The notes beneath the pieces were generated by a model, which worked only from the letters and a program-made list of their open reading frames with translations, did not search any database and was not told where the DNA came from. From assembly GCA_002315475.1 (NCBI GenBank), contig DCGI01000050.1, positions 139-55,746 of the forward strand: a stretch of DNA of 55,608 nucleotides. Reading direction: 5' to 3'. The stretch comes from Christensenella sp. UBA1782. GTDB taxonomy: Bacteria > Bacillota > Clostridia > Christensenellales > DTU072. The translations under genes were made by a program, and so were the position numbers. Of the stretch, positions 41,746 through 50,111 are shown piece by piece; position 1 is the first letter of the stretch, and the number at the start of each line of letters is the position of its first letter.

Positions 41746-43628
41746 TACTCTTCCGTTTCCTCCATAAGTTGCGTCCATTCTTCCAGCAAAGGTGCTTCCT
41801 CCGCCTCCAATTTTTGTATTTCCAGATTGATTTCCTCGATTTTTTTATAATCGGTATAAACGGAAGCGTCTTCGCTGATTCTTCTTTCCAATACACTCTT
41901 TTTTTGGTCAAAAGCCGCTATTTTCCCCTCCAAAACCCCTATTCTATGCAACTTCTTTTTACGTTCGTTCTCGGCGGAAAGGGGTTTTTCTTTTTTTACG
42001 ACCTCTCTTTTTTCTTCAACCGTTTCTTCGGTGGGACGGATTTCTTCATATTCATGATACCGGCAATCATACAAATTCAAATTTCCGTTCTCAAATACGG
42101 TGATTCTGTCACAAACCATATCAATAAAATATCGGTCGTGCGAAACGGTGATGACCGTTCCTTTATAGGCGGCAAGCATACTTTCCAAGGTATCTTTGCC
42201 GATGATGTCCATGTGGTTGGTCGGTTCGTCCAAAACGAGAACGTTCGGTTTGTTTTTGAAGATTTTGCAGAGAGCAAGCCGCACTTTTTCTCCGCCCGAC
42301 AATTCGTCGACCGTCTTAAAAACGTCTTCTCCCGAAAATAAAAACGCCCCCAACGAACTTCGGACTTCCTCGTCGGTCAATAAAGGGAAAGCGTCGTGAA
42401 AAAACTCAAATACCGTCAGCGGAGAAGAATTTTGCGTCAAGGTTTGATCAAAATACCCTACGTCGGCATGCAAACCGAATTTTGCAAACCCCGAAAGCGG
42501 AGGTATGCTTTTCATCAAAGTGCGGATTAGCGTGGATTTTCCGCACCCGTTTCTGCCGATGATTCCCAATTTTTGTCCCCGTTTGATAACGGTATCGATA
42601 GTACCGAGCGGTTCGGTATAACCAAAAACAAGCTTGTCGAAAACCACCGTTTTTTCCACCGTTTCTTCGGTGGGTTGAAAGGAAACCCGAAAGGTAGCGT
42701 TATCATAACCTACGGGGGTATTGACGGCGCCGATTCGCTCGATTTGTTTGAGTTTCGCCTGCGCCATAGCCGCTTTATGGGCTTTGTAACGAAATCGCTC
42801 CACCAAAGCGGACAGACGCTCGATTTCCTTTTTCCGAGCCATGCTGTCTTTTAAGGCTTTTTCGTAGTTTTCTTTCTTTTGTTTCACGAATGCGGTATAG
42901 TTTCCCATGTATTTTTTGGTTTCTCCGTATTCGATTTCATAGACGATACGGACGGTTTTATCCAAAAACATACGGTCGTGCGAAACGATAATACAGGCGT
43001 TTTTATACTCTTGCAAATAGTTTTCCAACCATTCGATGGCTTCCAAATCCAGATGATTGGTCGGTTCGTCCAATAAAAGCACTTCGGGTTTGGACAGTAG
43101 CAACGTCAAAAGAGATACTTTCGTCCGCTGTCCGCCCGAAAAAGCACATAGCGGTTTTTTCAGATCCTCGGTAGAAAAACCGAATTTTTTGACGGCGGTC
43201 AGGTATTCTTTTTTATAGGTATAGCCGCCCAATCGTTCATAATCCTCGTGTAAACGGGAATACGTATGCACCGCATTTTCGTCCTTTTCCATTTTGCAAA
43301 GGTACGTTTCCATCTGTTCTTCTATATCCGTCAAGGTGCGATACGCCGAAAGGATTTCTTCTTCCATCGTCCTTTTTTCGGTGCTGTCAAAGGCCTGTTT
43401 TAAGTGCCCGATAACGGGATTCCCGCTTTTGTAAAATCCGAAAGTCTGCTCTCCCGTCCCTTCTACAAGTTCCACTTCTCCCGTCAACGCTTTCAAAAGG
43501 GTGGTTTTTCCGCAGCCGTTTCTACCCACAACGGCTATTTTTTCGCCGTCGTGAACGGTAAAATCTATTTGCGAAAGAATGGGTTCGCCGTCATACTCGA
43601 CGCAACCGTTACAGATGGATATTTGCAT
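41745..43628 (-). CDS. ABC-F family ATPase (two ABC domains, no TM domain, C-terminal coiled coil)
   Basis: Two Walker A motifs 'GRNGCGKTT' and 'GRNGCGKST', two signatures 'LSGGQRTKV' and 'LSGGEKVRL', an inter-domain linker, and a Glu/Lys-rich C-terminal helix. Confidence 0.85.
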   Translation of the reverse strand: MQISICNGCVEYDGEPILSQIDFTVHDGEKIAVVGRNGCGKTTLLKALTGEVELVEGTGEQTFGFYKSGNPVIGHLKQAFDSTEKRTMEEEILSAYRTLTDIEEQMETYLCKMEKDENAVHTYSRLHEDYERLGGYTYKKEYLTAVKKFGFSTEDLKKPLCAFSGGQRTKVSLLTLLLSKPEVLLLDEPTNHLDLEAIEWLENYLQEYKNACIIVSHDRMFLDKTVRIVYEIEYGETKKYMGNYTAFVKQKKENYEKALKDSMARKKEIERLSALVERFRYKAHKAAMAQAKLKQIERIGAVNTPVGYDNATFRVSFQPTEETVEKTVVFDKLVFGYTEPLGTIDTVIKRGQKLGIIGRNGCGKSTLIRTLMKSIPPLSGFAKFGLHADVGYFDQTLTQNSSPLTVFEFFHDAFPLLTDEEVRSSLGAFLFSGEDVFKTVDELSGGEKVRLALCKIFKNKPNVLVLDEPTNHMDIIGKDTLESMLAAYKGTVITVSHDRYFIDMVCDRITVFENGNLNLYDCRYHEYEEIRPTEETVEEKREVVKKEKPLSAENERKKKLHRIGVLEGKIAAFDQKKSVLERRISEDASVYTDYKKIEEINLEIQKLEAEEAPLLEEWTQLMEETEE

Positions 43629-43634
43629 ATTTTC

Positions 43635-44372
43635 CTACTTTTTTAATATGAATTTTTCTATACCTTGACAAACGCCGATATACTTTTTCGTCGCGGTAAA
43701 GGTAGCGACTTTTTGTAACGATTCGGGAGCACCGTACATGGCTACCGACTTGCCCGCAACCTGCAACATGGCGATGTCGTTATTGTTGTCCCCGAAAGCG
43801 ACGGTATCCTCAACGGGAACGTTCAGATATGCGCATACACGCCGTATTCCGTCGGCTTTGGTACAACCTTTTTGAAATAAATCTGCGTAATTGTGCATTC
43901 GATAGCACTCCGAAAACGGTAGACTTTCGTCAAGAATTTCTTGCGAAACGTTCCGACGGTATTCCAGTTTATGAATATGGAAAGTTTTTCTTCTCTCCCA
44001 AACTTCGGCTACGTTCTTCACCGCGTTACGCCGCTCTGCAAACAGAAAAAAACTATCCTCCGAGCCGTCAAAAGCCATGGGAATCCTGTGTTTTTCGGCT
44101 ATTTTCAAAATGCCTTCTAAACATTTTTCGTCAAAAGTCTGTTCAAAAATAACTTTTCCGTTTACTTCTATATAAGCACCGGCACACACCAAACCGTCCC
44201 ACCGAATATGCCGAAAAACCGGCTTCGGTATAGAAGGTTTGGAACGTCCTGTGTTCAAAAACACAAGATTTCCTTCCTTTTGTGCCGTTTTTATGGCACG
44301 AATCACCCGTATCGGCATCCACCGATGCCGATATAAAATGGTTCCGTCAATGTCAAAAAATAATATTTTCAT
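43635..44372 (-). CDS. Cof-type HAD-IIB phosphatase
   Basis: 'ILFFDIDGTIL', 'LNTGRS' and a C-terminal 'FGDNNNDIAM'. Confidence 0.8.
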   Translation of the reverse strand: MKILFFDIDGTILYRHRWMPIRVIRAIKTAQKEGNLVFLNTGRSKPSIPKPVFRHIRWDGLVCAGAYIEVNGKVIFEQTFDEKCLEGILKIAEKHRIPMAFDGSEDSFFLFAERRNAVKNVAEVWERRKTFHIHKLEYRRNVSQEILDESLPFSECYRMHNYADLFQKGCTKADGIRRVCAYLNVPVEDTVAFGDNNNDIAMLQVAGKSVAMYGAPESLQKVATFTATKKYIGVCQGIEKFILKK

Positions 44373-45562
44373 TCCTTTTTTCCTGCCAAAGCCTTTGCTT
44401 CTTCTTCTCTCTTTTTACAGATTTCCGACCATTTCGGCAAATGCACCAAAGAAGCGTTTAATTCCTGCATGGCTTTCGGAATATCGATTTTTTGCGGACA
44501 AACCCTTGCGCACGCACCGCAACCGATACAAGCGGAAGGATGTTTTTCGGGCGGCAAAGCCTCCATCTGCATGGAAGCCGTCAATCCCCCTTCGTAGCCA
44601 AACCGAATATCGTTATACGATTTTATCAAATTCGGAATATCCAATCCCGCCGGGCAACCGTCCACGCAGTACCGACAGGCGGTACAAGGCAAAGAGTTTT
44701 TCATCCCTTCGGCAAGTTGCAACAACAGTTCTCTTTCGCTCGCATCGAGCTCCCTCCGTTCGGAAAACGTCCGTACGTTTTCTTCCACCTGCCTCTCCTC
44801 CGACATACCGCTCAGCGTTACGATAACGTTCGGCAAACCCTGCAAAAAGCGGAATGCCCAAGACGGATTGCTCCAATCGGGACGTACGGCACGCAGTTTT
44901 TCTTCTTCCGACTTTTGCAAGGCGGCAAGACGCCCGCCTCGGACGGGTTCCATAACCCAAACGGGTATTCCCTGTTCGGTCAAAAAATCGTATTTTTCTT
45001 TTCCTTCTTGCAAAGTCCAATCCAAATAATTGAGCTGTATTTGACAAAATTCCATTAAATTCGGATATTTTCGGACAAATTCTCGAATGTTATCCGGTCT
45101 TCCGTGCGTGGAAAAGCCGAGATGTTTGATTCTGCCTTTTTCTTTTTGCCGTAGAAAATAGTCGACGATGCCCCAGCGTTTATCGTTATAGACGTCTATG
45201 GATTTTTCATAGACGTTATGTAGCAGATAAAAGTCGAAATACTCCACGCCGCACTTTTGCAGTTGTCTCTCAAAAACCTCTTCGGGATGATAGGATGCGG
45301 CAATCTGATGCCCCGGATATTTGGTGGCAAGATAAAAAGACTCTCTGTCCGCCTTTTTCAAAATTTTACCGGTAACAATCTCGGAATATCCCCCATGATA
45401 AGGAAAAGCGGTGTCAAAATAGTTGACACCGTATTCCAAAGCGTACCGAAACATTCTTTCCGTTCTTTCTTCGTCGATTCGTCCGTTTTCCGAAAGGGGT
45501 AAACGCATCGTACCGAAGCCGAGTGCGGAAATTTTCTTTCCTTGAAACTCGTTATAATACAT
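44369..45562 (-). CDS. aldo/keto reductase fused to a C-terminal 2x[4Fe-4S] ferredoxin-like domain
   Basis: 'LGFGTMRLP' and 'NYFDTAFPYHGG' in the AKR core. C-terminal 'CTACRYCVDGCP' and 'CIGCGACARVCP'. Confidence 0.8.
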   Translation of the reverse strand: MYYNEFQGKKISALGFGTMRLPLSENGRIDEERTERMFRYALEYGVNYFDTAFPYHGGYSEIVTGKILKKADRESFYLATKYPGHQIAASYHPEEVFERQLQKCGVEYFDFYLLHNVYEKSIDVYNDKRWGIVDYFLRQKEKGRIKHLGFSTHGRPDNIREFVRKYPNLMEFCQIQLNYLDWTLQEGKEKYDFLTEQGIPVWVMEPVRGGRLAALQKSEEEKLRAVRPDWSNPSWAFRFLQGLPNVIVTLSGMSEERQVEENVRTFSERRELDASERELLLQLAEGMKNSLPCTACRYCVDGCPAGLDIPNLIKSYNDIRFGYEGGLTASMQMEALPPEKHPSACIGCGACARVCPQKIDIPKAMQELNASLVHLPKWSEICKKREEEAKALAGKKE

Positions 45563-45573
45563 GGATTTTCCCT

Positions 45574-46824
45574 TTATTCCTCGTGCGGAAGGGTACTTCC
45601 GCCGTACGGCATAACGTATACCGTACTGTCTTCGCCAAGCACTCTCGTCGCTTCTTCAAAAGCTGTTTTTACGTCCTTAAAGGGCGTAAATCCCATTTTT
45701 TCGACAATTTTATCGGCAAAAGAGCTGACAAAAAATATTCGACAACGTTGCATAACCAAGGCGATTGCCGCCGCTTTATGCCCCCCGAGTACAAAGTTTT
45801 TACGAATCTCGACGGGCATTTCTTCGGCAGTTTTCTGCGTCATCCATTCTTCAAACAGAGCCGAACCGAACCCTTCTCCGCATTCGGCAAGCCAAATAAG
45901 GATGCCCCCGTCTCGAACGGCGTGTTTGGCGTTATCCAAAGCTTTCTGCGCCTGATACATGTTTTGGTCTTTCGGGTAGCCACCCGCACTGACCACCACG
46001 ATGTCGGCACGTTGTCGGATTTCTATTTTATACAGTTGGTCTAAAAATTTACAACCTTCTCGATGTGCCGAAATATAATCGCCGGCAACGCAACGAATAA
46101 TCTGTTTATGCTCATCCAAAACCACGTTGACGATATAATCAATCGGCAACAGTTTTTCGCAAACCTCGTCGATGTCCTTACGGACGGGACTGTTCAAGTT
46201 CCCCGCATACGCTTCGCCGTCCACCATCATGGAGTGATTCTGCCGAATGGCTTCTCTCGTGGAAACGCCGGGCATGATTGCCTTACTGCCCCCACTGTAA
46301 CCGGCAAAATAATGATACTCGATATTGCCCATGCAAATACGAAAATCGGCTTCCACAACGGGCGTAAATACCGATACTTCGGTGCCTTTTTGGGTTTTTC
46401 CCAAATACGTCACTTGCCGTTCCGAACTGTCCAAACATCGGAATTTTCGATAAATATCTTCCCCGACAAGGCGTATTTTTTCCTCCTCGGTATGGGCACG
46501 ATGGCTACCTAAGGCAAAGACGATAAAAATATCTTCTTCTCGTATGCCGCCTTGCACCAATCTTTTTATCACCGAAGGTAAAACTGATTTTGAAGGCATG
46601 GGACGCGTTATATCGCTGGTGACGATACAAACTTTTTGTCCCGCTTTGACACAGTTTTCCAAAAGCGGCTTTCCGATAGGCGCGTTTAATCCCCGCTCCA
46701 CCTCCGCTGTTCCACATGAAACAATTTCTACATGGTTCGGCGTAAGAACGCCCAAAAGTCTCTCTTGCGAACAGGAAAAGCAAACCTCTTGTTTTCCGTA
46801 ATGTAATTCCGTTTCCATACGCAT
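45574..46824 (-). CDS. LarA-family (nickel-pincer cofactor) racemase/epimerase-like protein
   Basis: N-terminal DUF2088-type region with 'IVTSDITRPMPS' and a C-terminal 'GGHKAAAIA'. Size about 415 aa. The start overlaps the pgk stop by 1 nt. Confidence 0.7.
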   Translation of the reverse strand: MRMETELHYGKQEVCFSCSQERLLGVLTPNHVEIVSCGTAEVERGLNAPIGKPLLENCVKAGQKVCIVTSDITRPMPSKSVLPSVIKRLVQGGIREEDIFIVFALGSHRAHTEEEKIRLVGEDIYRKFRCLDSSERQVTYLGKTQKGTEVSVFTPVVEADFRICMGNIEYHYFAGYSGGSKAIMPGVSTREAIRQNHSMMVDGEAYAGNLNSPVRKDIDEVCEKLLPIDYIVNVVLDEHKQIIRCVAGDYISAHREGCKFLDQLYKIEIRQRADIVVVSAGGYPKDQNMYQAQKALDNAKHAVRDGGILIWLAECGEGFGSALFEEWMTQKTAEEMPVEIRKNFVLGGHKAAAIALVMQRCRIFFVSSFADKIVEKMGFTPFKDVKTAFEEATRVLGEDSTVYVMPYGGSTLPHEE

Positions 46825-48062
46825 TATTTTGCAGTCAACATGGCTTGCACGAGGGGCAGAACTTTTCCGCTGAGGAATCGAACCATAGCACCGCCCGCCG
46901 TACAGACGTAACCGATTTTTTCGGTATCAATAAATTTCGATGCCGCACTGACGGTATCGCCGCCGCCGATGACGGTATATGCTTCCGTCGTTTCAATGGC
47001 TTTCCAAACCTGTTCGGTTCCGTACGCAAAGAGCGGATTTTCATAGACGCCCGCAGGTCCGTTGGTAAACACCGTCTTGGCTTTTTGGATTTCTTCGGCA
47101 AAGATTTTTGCCGTTTTGTGTCCGATATCTAAAAAGGATGCGTCGTTTAACGGCAAATCTTTTACGTCGATTTCTGCCCGTTTCCCGTCCTTTTCATACG
47201 CAAAATCGACAGGAAGAACAAATTTTTCACCGTAGAGTGCCAATAATTCTTTGGCAGGTTCTACAAACGCAAGCAAATCTTTGCCGGCGAGCCACTTTTC
47301 GTAGGCTTCGCCCACCTTGACGCCCGCGGCGACGTGCATAATGACGCCGGTTACGCCGCAAGCTAAGATTTTGTCCGCCGTACCCTTCTCCAAAACCTGT
47401 TTCATCATCCCGAAAGCGTCGGAGATTTTGGCTCCGCCCAATACGAACAAACAAGGTTTTTCGGCTTCCGTCATCACCTTATAGAGGGCTTCGTATTCAT
47501 GGAAAAACAGAGGCCCCGCATAGGAAGGCATAAGCTTTTGAAACGCCACCATGCTGGGGCAGTTTCGATGAGCGGCACTGAATGCGTCGTTGACGTACAA
47601 GTCGAACAACGGGGCAAGTCGCCGCACCAAATAGGTGGACTGCATAGCTTCCGCCGTCAATTTGACGTCCTTTTCGAACGTGGAAACCTCTTCGGTCAAG
47701 TATCGAAGATTGCCGAGCAAAACCGCTTCTCCTCTCCGCAAAGAACGGACGCTTTCCAGAGCGGCATCCCCGCAAACGTCGTCGATATAACGAACGGGAT
47801 ACCCGCTCAATTCGGAGAGAATTTTTGCGTGTTCCGCCAAAGGAATCAGATTTTGATAGTCAAGTGTATCCCCTTGATGGGCAATAATAGCCACTTTTGC
47901 ACCGTTTTCAAGCAAATATTGCAAAGTCGGCACGGTTTTCTTCAAACGATTTTTACTGACGATTTTTTGATTCTCGTCAATCGGCGAATTGATGTCGGGA
48001 CGGAACAAAACGAATTTGTCCGCCACGTCTACGCCGATAATATTTTTGATAGGAAGTGCCAT
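46824..48062 (-). CDS. pgk: phosphoglycerate kinase, archaeal-type sequence pattern
   Basis: 'FRPDINSP', 'VAIIAHQGD', 'HAKILSEL', 'YIDDVCGDAA' and 'LLGNLRYLTEE' resemble archaeal PGKs (HQ-type) rather than the bacterial 'SHLGRP' type (recalled). Confidence 0.8.
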   Translation of the reverse strand: MALPIKNIIGVDVADKFVLFRPDINSPIDENQKIVSKNRLKKTVPTLQYLLENGAKVAIIAHQGDTLDYQNLIPLAEHAKILSELSGYPVRYIDDVCGDAALESVRSLRRGEAVLLGNLRYLTEEVSTFEKDVKLTAEAMQSTYLVRRLAPLFDLYVNDAFSAAHRNCPSMVAFQKLMPSYAGPLFFHEYEALYKVMTEAEKPCLFVLGGAKISDAFGMMKQVLEKGTADKILACGVTGVIMHVAAGVKVGEAYEKWLAGKDLLAFVEPAKELLALYGEKFVLPVDFAYEKDGKRAEIDVKDLPLNDASFLDIGHKTAKIFAEEIQKAKTVFTNGPAGVYENPLFAYGTEQVWKAIETTEAYTVIGGGDTVSAASKFIDTEKIGYVCTAGGAMVRFLSGKVLPLVQAMLTAK

Positions 48063-48064
48063 GG

Positions 48065-49108
48065 TTATTTCTTAAAGCAAGTCTTCCACTTGCCGATTCC
48101 GAGATATTCGTTGGTTTTTGCCGTTGCTTCCGCTCCCGTCGTCTGCATGCTCATGCAAGCACGAATACCGTCGATGGTTTCGGGGATGGTGACGGCTTCC
48201 TGCGGAATGTTGATGGCGTACATGATGGAATCACCCGTTTCCACGATGCTGTCTTCCCAAAGAGCAATTTCGTACATATCGCCGCGCGGATTACCGAGGT
48301 CGCGGGCATACTTAAAGAGGGAAGCGTTCCCTTTGAATCCTTCGTCGGTGCTGACCACACGAATACGAGGATGCGACTTAAAGGCTTCTAAAGCCATTTC
48401 TTTGGTAATCTTTTGTTTTCCGGTGGCTACGACGGTGATGATATGCCCATGCGTAATCGGGGTATGTACCAAAATACCGGTTGCCTCCACGTGCGGCATG
48501 ATAGTCATAAGGTCGAGAGCCTGATGAGAAGGTGCCTTATCGATTTGGAGAGCGTTGGTCAAACCTCTGTGGTAATCGCCGGGATCCGCCACACGGCGAA
48601 TAATGGTGATAGCGACTCTGTCAATACCGAATTTTCTGTCCAAACAGTCGACGCTGCGAATCAATCCCGTCGTATTGCAACTGGTCAATTTCAAATACCG
48701 TTTGTCGATGCCCGCTTCGTAGTTGGCATAGCCATGGAAGAATACGTCGGCAATGCTGTTCTTTTCGCCGCCTTGGAAAATGGCTCTTACGTTATATTTG
48801 TCGTAAATCTCTTTGTTCTTGGCACCGATACCGCCGGGTGCGGAATCCAAAACAACGTCTACTTTTTGAATAAGGTCGATTAAAGAACCTTTAACGGGAA
48901 TACCCAATTCATCGAATTCCCCTTTCTTCTCCATATCTACGAGATAAAGGTCATACGGCATCCCTTTTTCGAAAAGTGCCCGAATGGCAAGGGTGGGAGC
49001 GAGGTCGGCTACGCCGACAAGTTCCATGTCGCCTTGACGGAACACGCCGTCGGCAAGTCTTTGTCCGATTGTACCGTAGCCTACTACGGCTACTTTAACT
49101 TTTTTCAT
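48065..49108 (-). CDS. gap: type II (archaeal-type) phosphorylating glyceraldehyde-3-phosphate dehydrogenase
   Basis: 'KVAVVGYGTIGQRLADG', 'GGIGAKN', 'IFQGGEK', catalytic 'TSCNTTGL' and 'PSHQ'. Start set to the ATG at 49108 (GGAAGG RBS); the ORF track extends into the promoter/repeat region. Confidence 0.85.
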   Translation of the reverse strand: MKKVKVAVVGYGTIGQRLADGVFRQGDMELVGVADLAPTLAIRALFEKGMPYDLYLVDMEKKGEFDELGIPVKGSLIDLIQKVDVVLDSAPGGIGAKNKEIYDKYNVRAIFQGGEKNSIADVFFHGYANYEAGIDKRYLKLTSCNTTGLIRSVDCLDRKFGIDRVAITIIRRVADPGDYHRGLTNALQIDKAPSHQALDLMTIMPHVEATGILVHTPITHGHIITVVATGKQKITKEMALEAFKSHPRIRVVSTDEGFKGNASLFKYARDLGNPRGDMYEIALWEDSIVETGDSIMYAINIPQEAVTIPETIDGIRACMSMQTTGAEATAKTNEYLGIGKWKTCFKK

Positions 49109-49172
49109 AATGAAATAACCTTCCTTTTTTATTTTGGTCGGGATTGTCCCCGTACTTTTATAGTATATATAT

Positions 49173-49200
49173 ACTATAATACGATTTTTGAAAATGTCAA
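49173..49200 (-). promoter_or_regulatory. sigma70-like promoter of the gap-pgk-larA-like operon
   Basis: On the minus strand: TTGACA (49195-49200), 16-nt spacer, TATAGT (49173-49178). It overlaps a 20-bp perfect palindrome at 49159-49178. Confidence 0.5.
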
Positions 49201-49234
49201 GCCTTTTTCTTTTTTCCTTCTCTTTCTTCCGCTT

Positions 49235-49328
49235 CCGAAGGTGGGGTGCGGGGAGCACATCTCCCCGCAAGCCCTTTTGAAGGTGGGGGAAAAGGGGGCG
49301 GAAACTTTTGGCAAAAGTTTCCGCCCCC
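49235..49328. repeat. GC-rich palindromic intergenic repeat, copy B
   Basis: CCGAAGGTGGGGTGCGGGGAGCACATCTCCCCGCAAGCCCTTTTGAAGGTGGGGG, followed by the perfect hairpin GGGGGCGGAAACTTTTG-G-CAAAAGTTTCCGCCCCC. The latter serves as terminator for the upstream acetyltransferase gene. Confidence 0.7.
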
Positions 49329-49342
49329 TTCCGTTGTTCCGG

Positions 49343-50104
49343 TTATTCTCCGTCAAACTCGGCTCCGCCTTTTTGGAACCACTTATCTTTTAAGGTATAG
49401 TGGTTCAGTTCTTCCGGCGTTTCCCCTTCCTCCGTCCTTCGTTTTCGGACGGGCTTTGCGGGGATGCCGGCGACGACGGTAAAGTCGTCTACGTCTTTGG
49501 TGACGACGGCTCCGGTCGCCACAATGGCACCCTTGCCGATATGTACACCGGCAAGAACGGTACTTGCGGTATAGATTTTTGCATATTCTCCGATTTCCAC
49601 CCCGTTATACGTCCTTATCATGTGGTCACTTTCGGAGTGTCCGTGCGTAAATATTTTGGCGTATTCGGTCATCATGGAATAATCCCCGAACTTGACGCCG
49701 CCTTTGGCGTCTATATAACAACAATGATTCCATGCGACGTTATCGCCGACTTCAATCAAGTTTCCGAAATTAAATCTCGTACCCTCGTTGGCAATAAAAC
49801 CGTCTCCGCATTTTTTGAACAGCTTTTTTGCAAGGATTCTGCGAAACGGAATGCTGAACGCACAGTTGATACCGAGCGGCACGCGATCAATCAACTCCCA
49901 CAAAATATGCAGATACCGCTGTTCTTGCGTGTAAGGATATTCCTCGGCACGAGGGAGATAATCGTTCCAAAGCCGAAAGCTCTCGATTTCTTCCTTTTCG
50001 CAGGAAAAACCGATTAAACGCAAAACTTCCGTCATGCTGTCGGTGGTTAAACCTTCCTTCACGAATTGTTGAATTCTTTGCAGTTTTTCGTCTGTACTAC
50101 CCAT
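49343..50104 (-). CDS. hexapeptide-repeat (left-handed beta-helix) acetyltransferase
   Basis: Hexapeptide repeats in 'VGDNVAWNHCCYIDAKGGVKFGDYSMM...VEIGEYAKIYTASTVLAGVHIGKGAIVATGAVV'. Start set to the ATG at 50104. Confidence 0.8.
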   Translation of the reverse strand: MGSTDEKLQRIQQFVKEGLTTDSMTEVLRLIGFSCEKEEIESFRLWNDYLPRAEEYPYTQEQRYLHILWELIDRVPLGINCAFSIPFRRILAKKLFKKCGDGFIANEGTRFNFGNLIEVGDNVAWNHCCYIDAKGGVKFGDYSMMTEYAKIFTHGHSESDHMIRTYNGVEIGEYAKIYTASTVLAGVHIGKGAIVATGAVVTKDVDDFTVVAGIPAKPVRKRRTEEGETPEELNHYTLKDKWFQKGGAEFDGE

Positions 50105-50111
50105 TTTTTCC

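Noticed and set aside
41123-41911. 262-aa minus-strand ORF
   Set aside because: It runs antisense through the YdeI-like gene and across the GC-rich repeat. The Arg/Lys/Pro-rich translation is an artefact of the repeat and of the opposite coding strand.
47499-48524. 341-aa plus-strand ORF
   Set aside because: It is antisense and spans the pgk/gap junction. Both opposite-strand genes are strongly supported, and this ORF has no recognisable domain.
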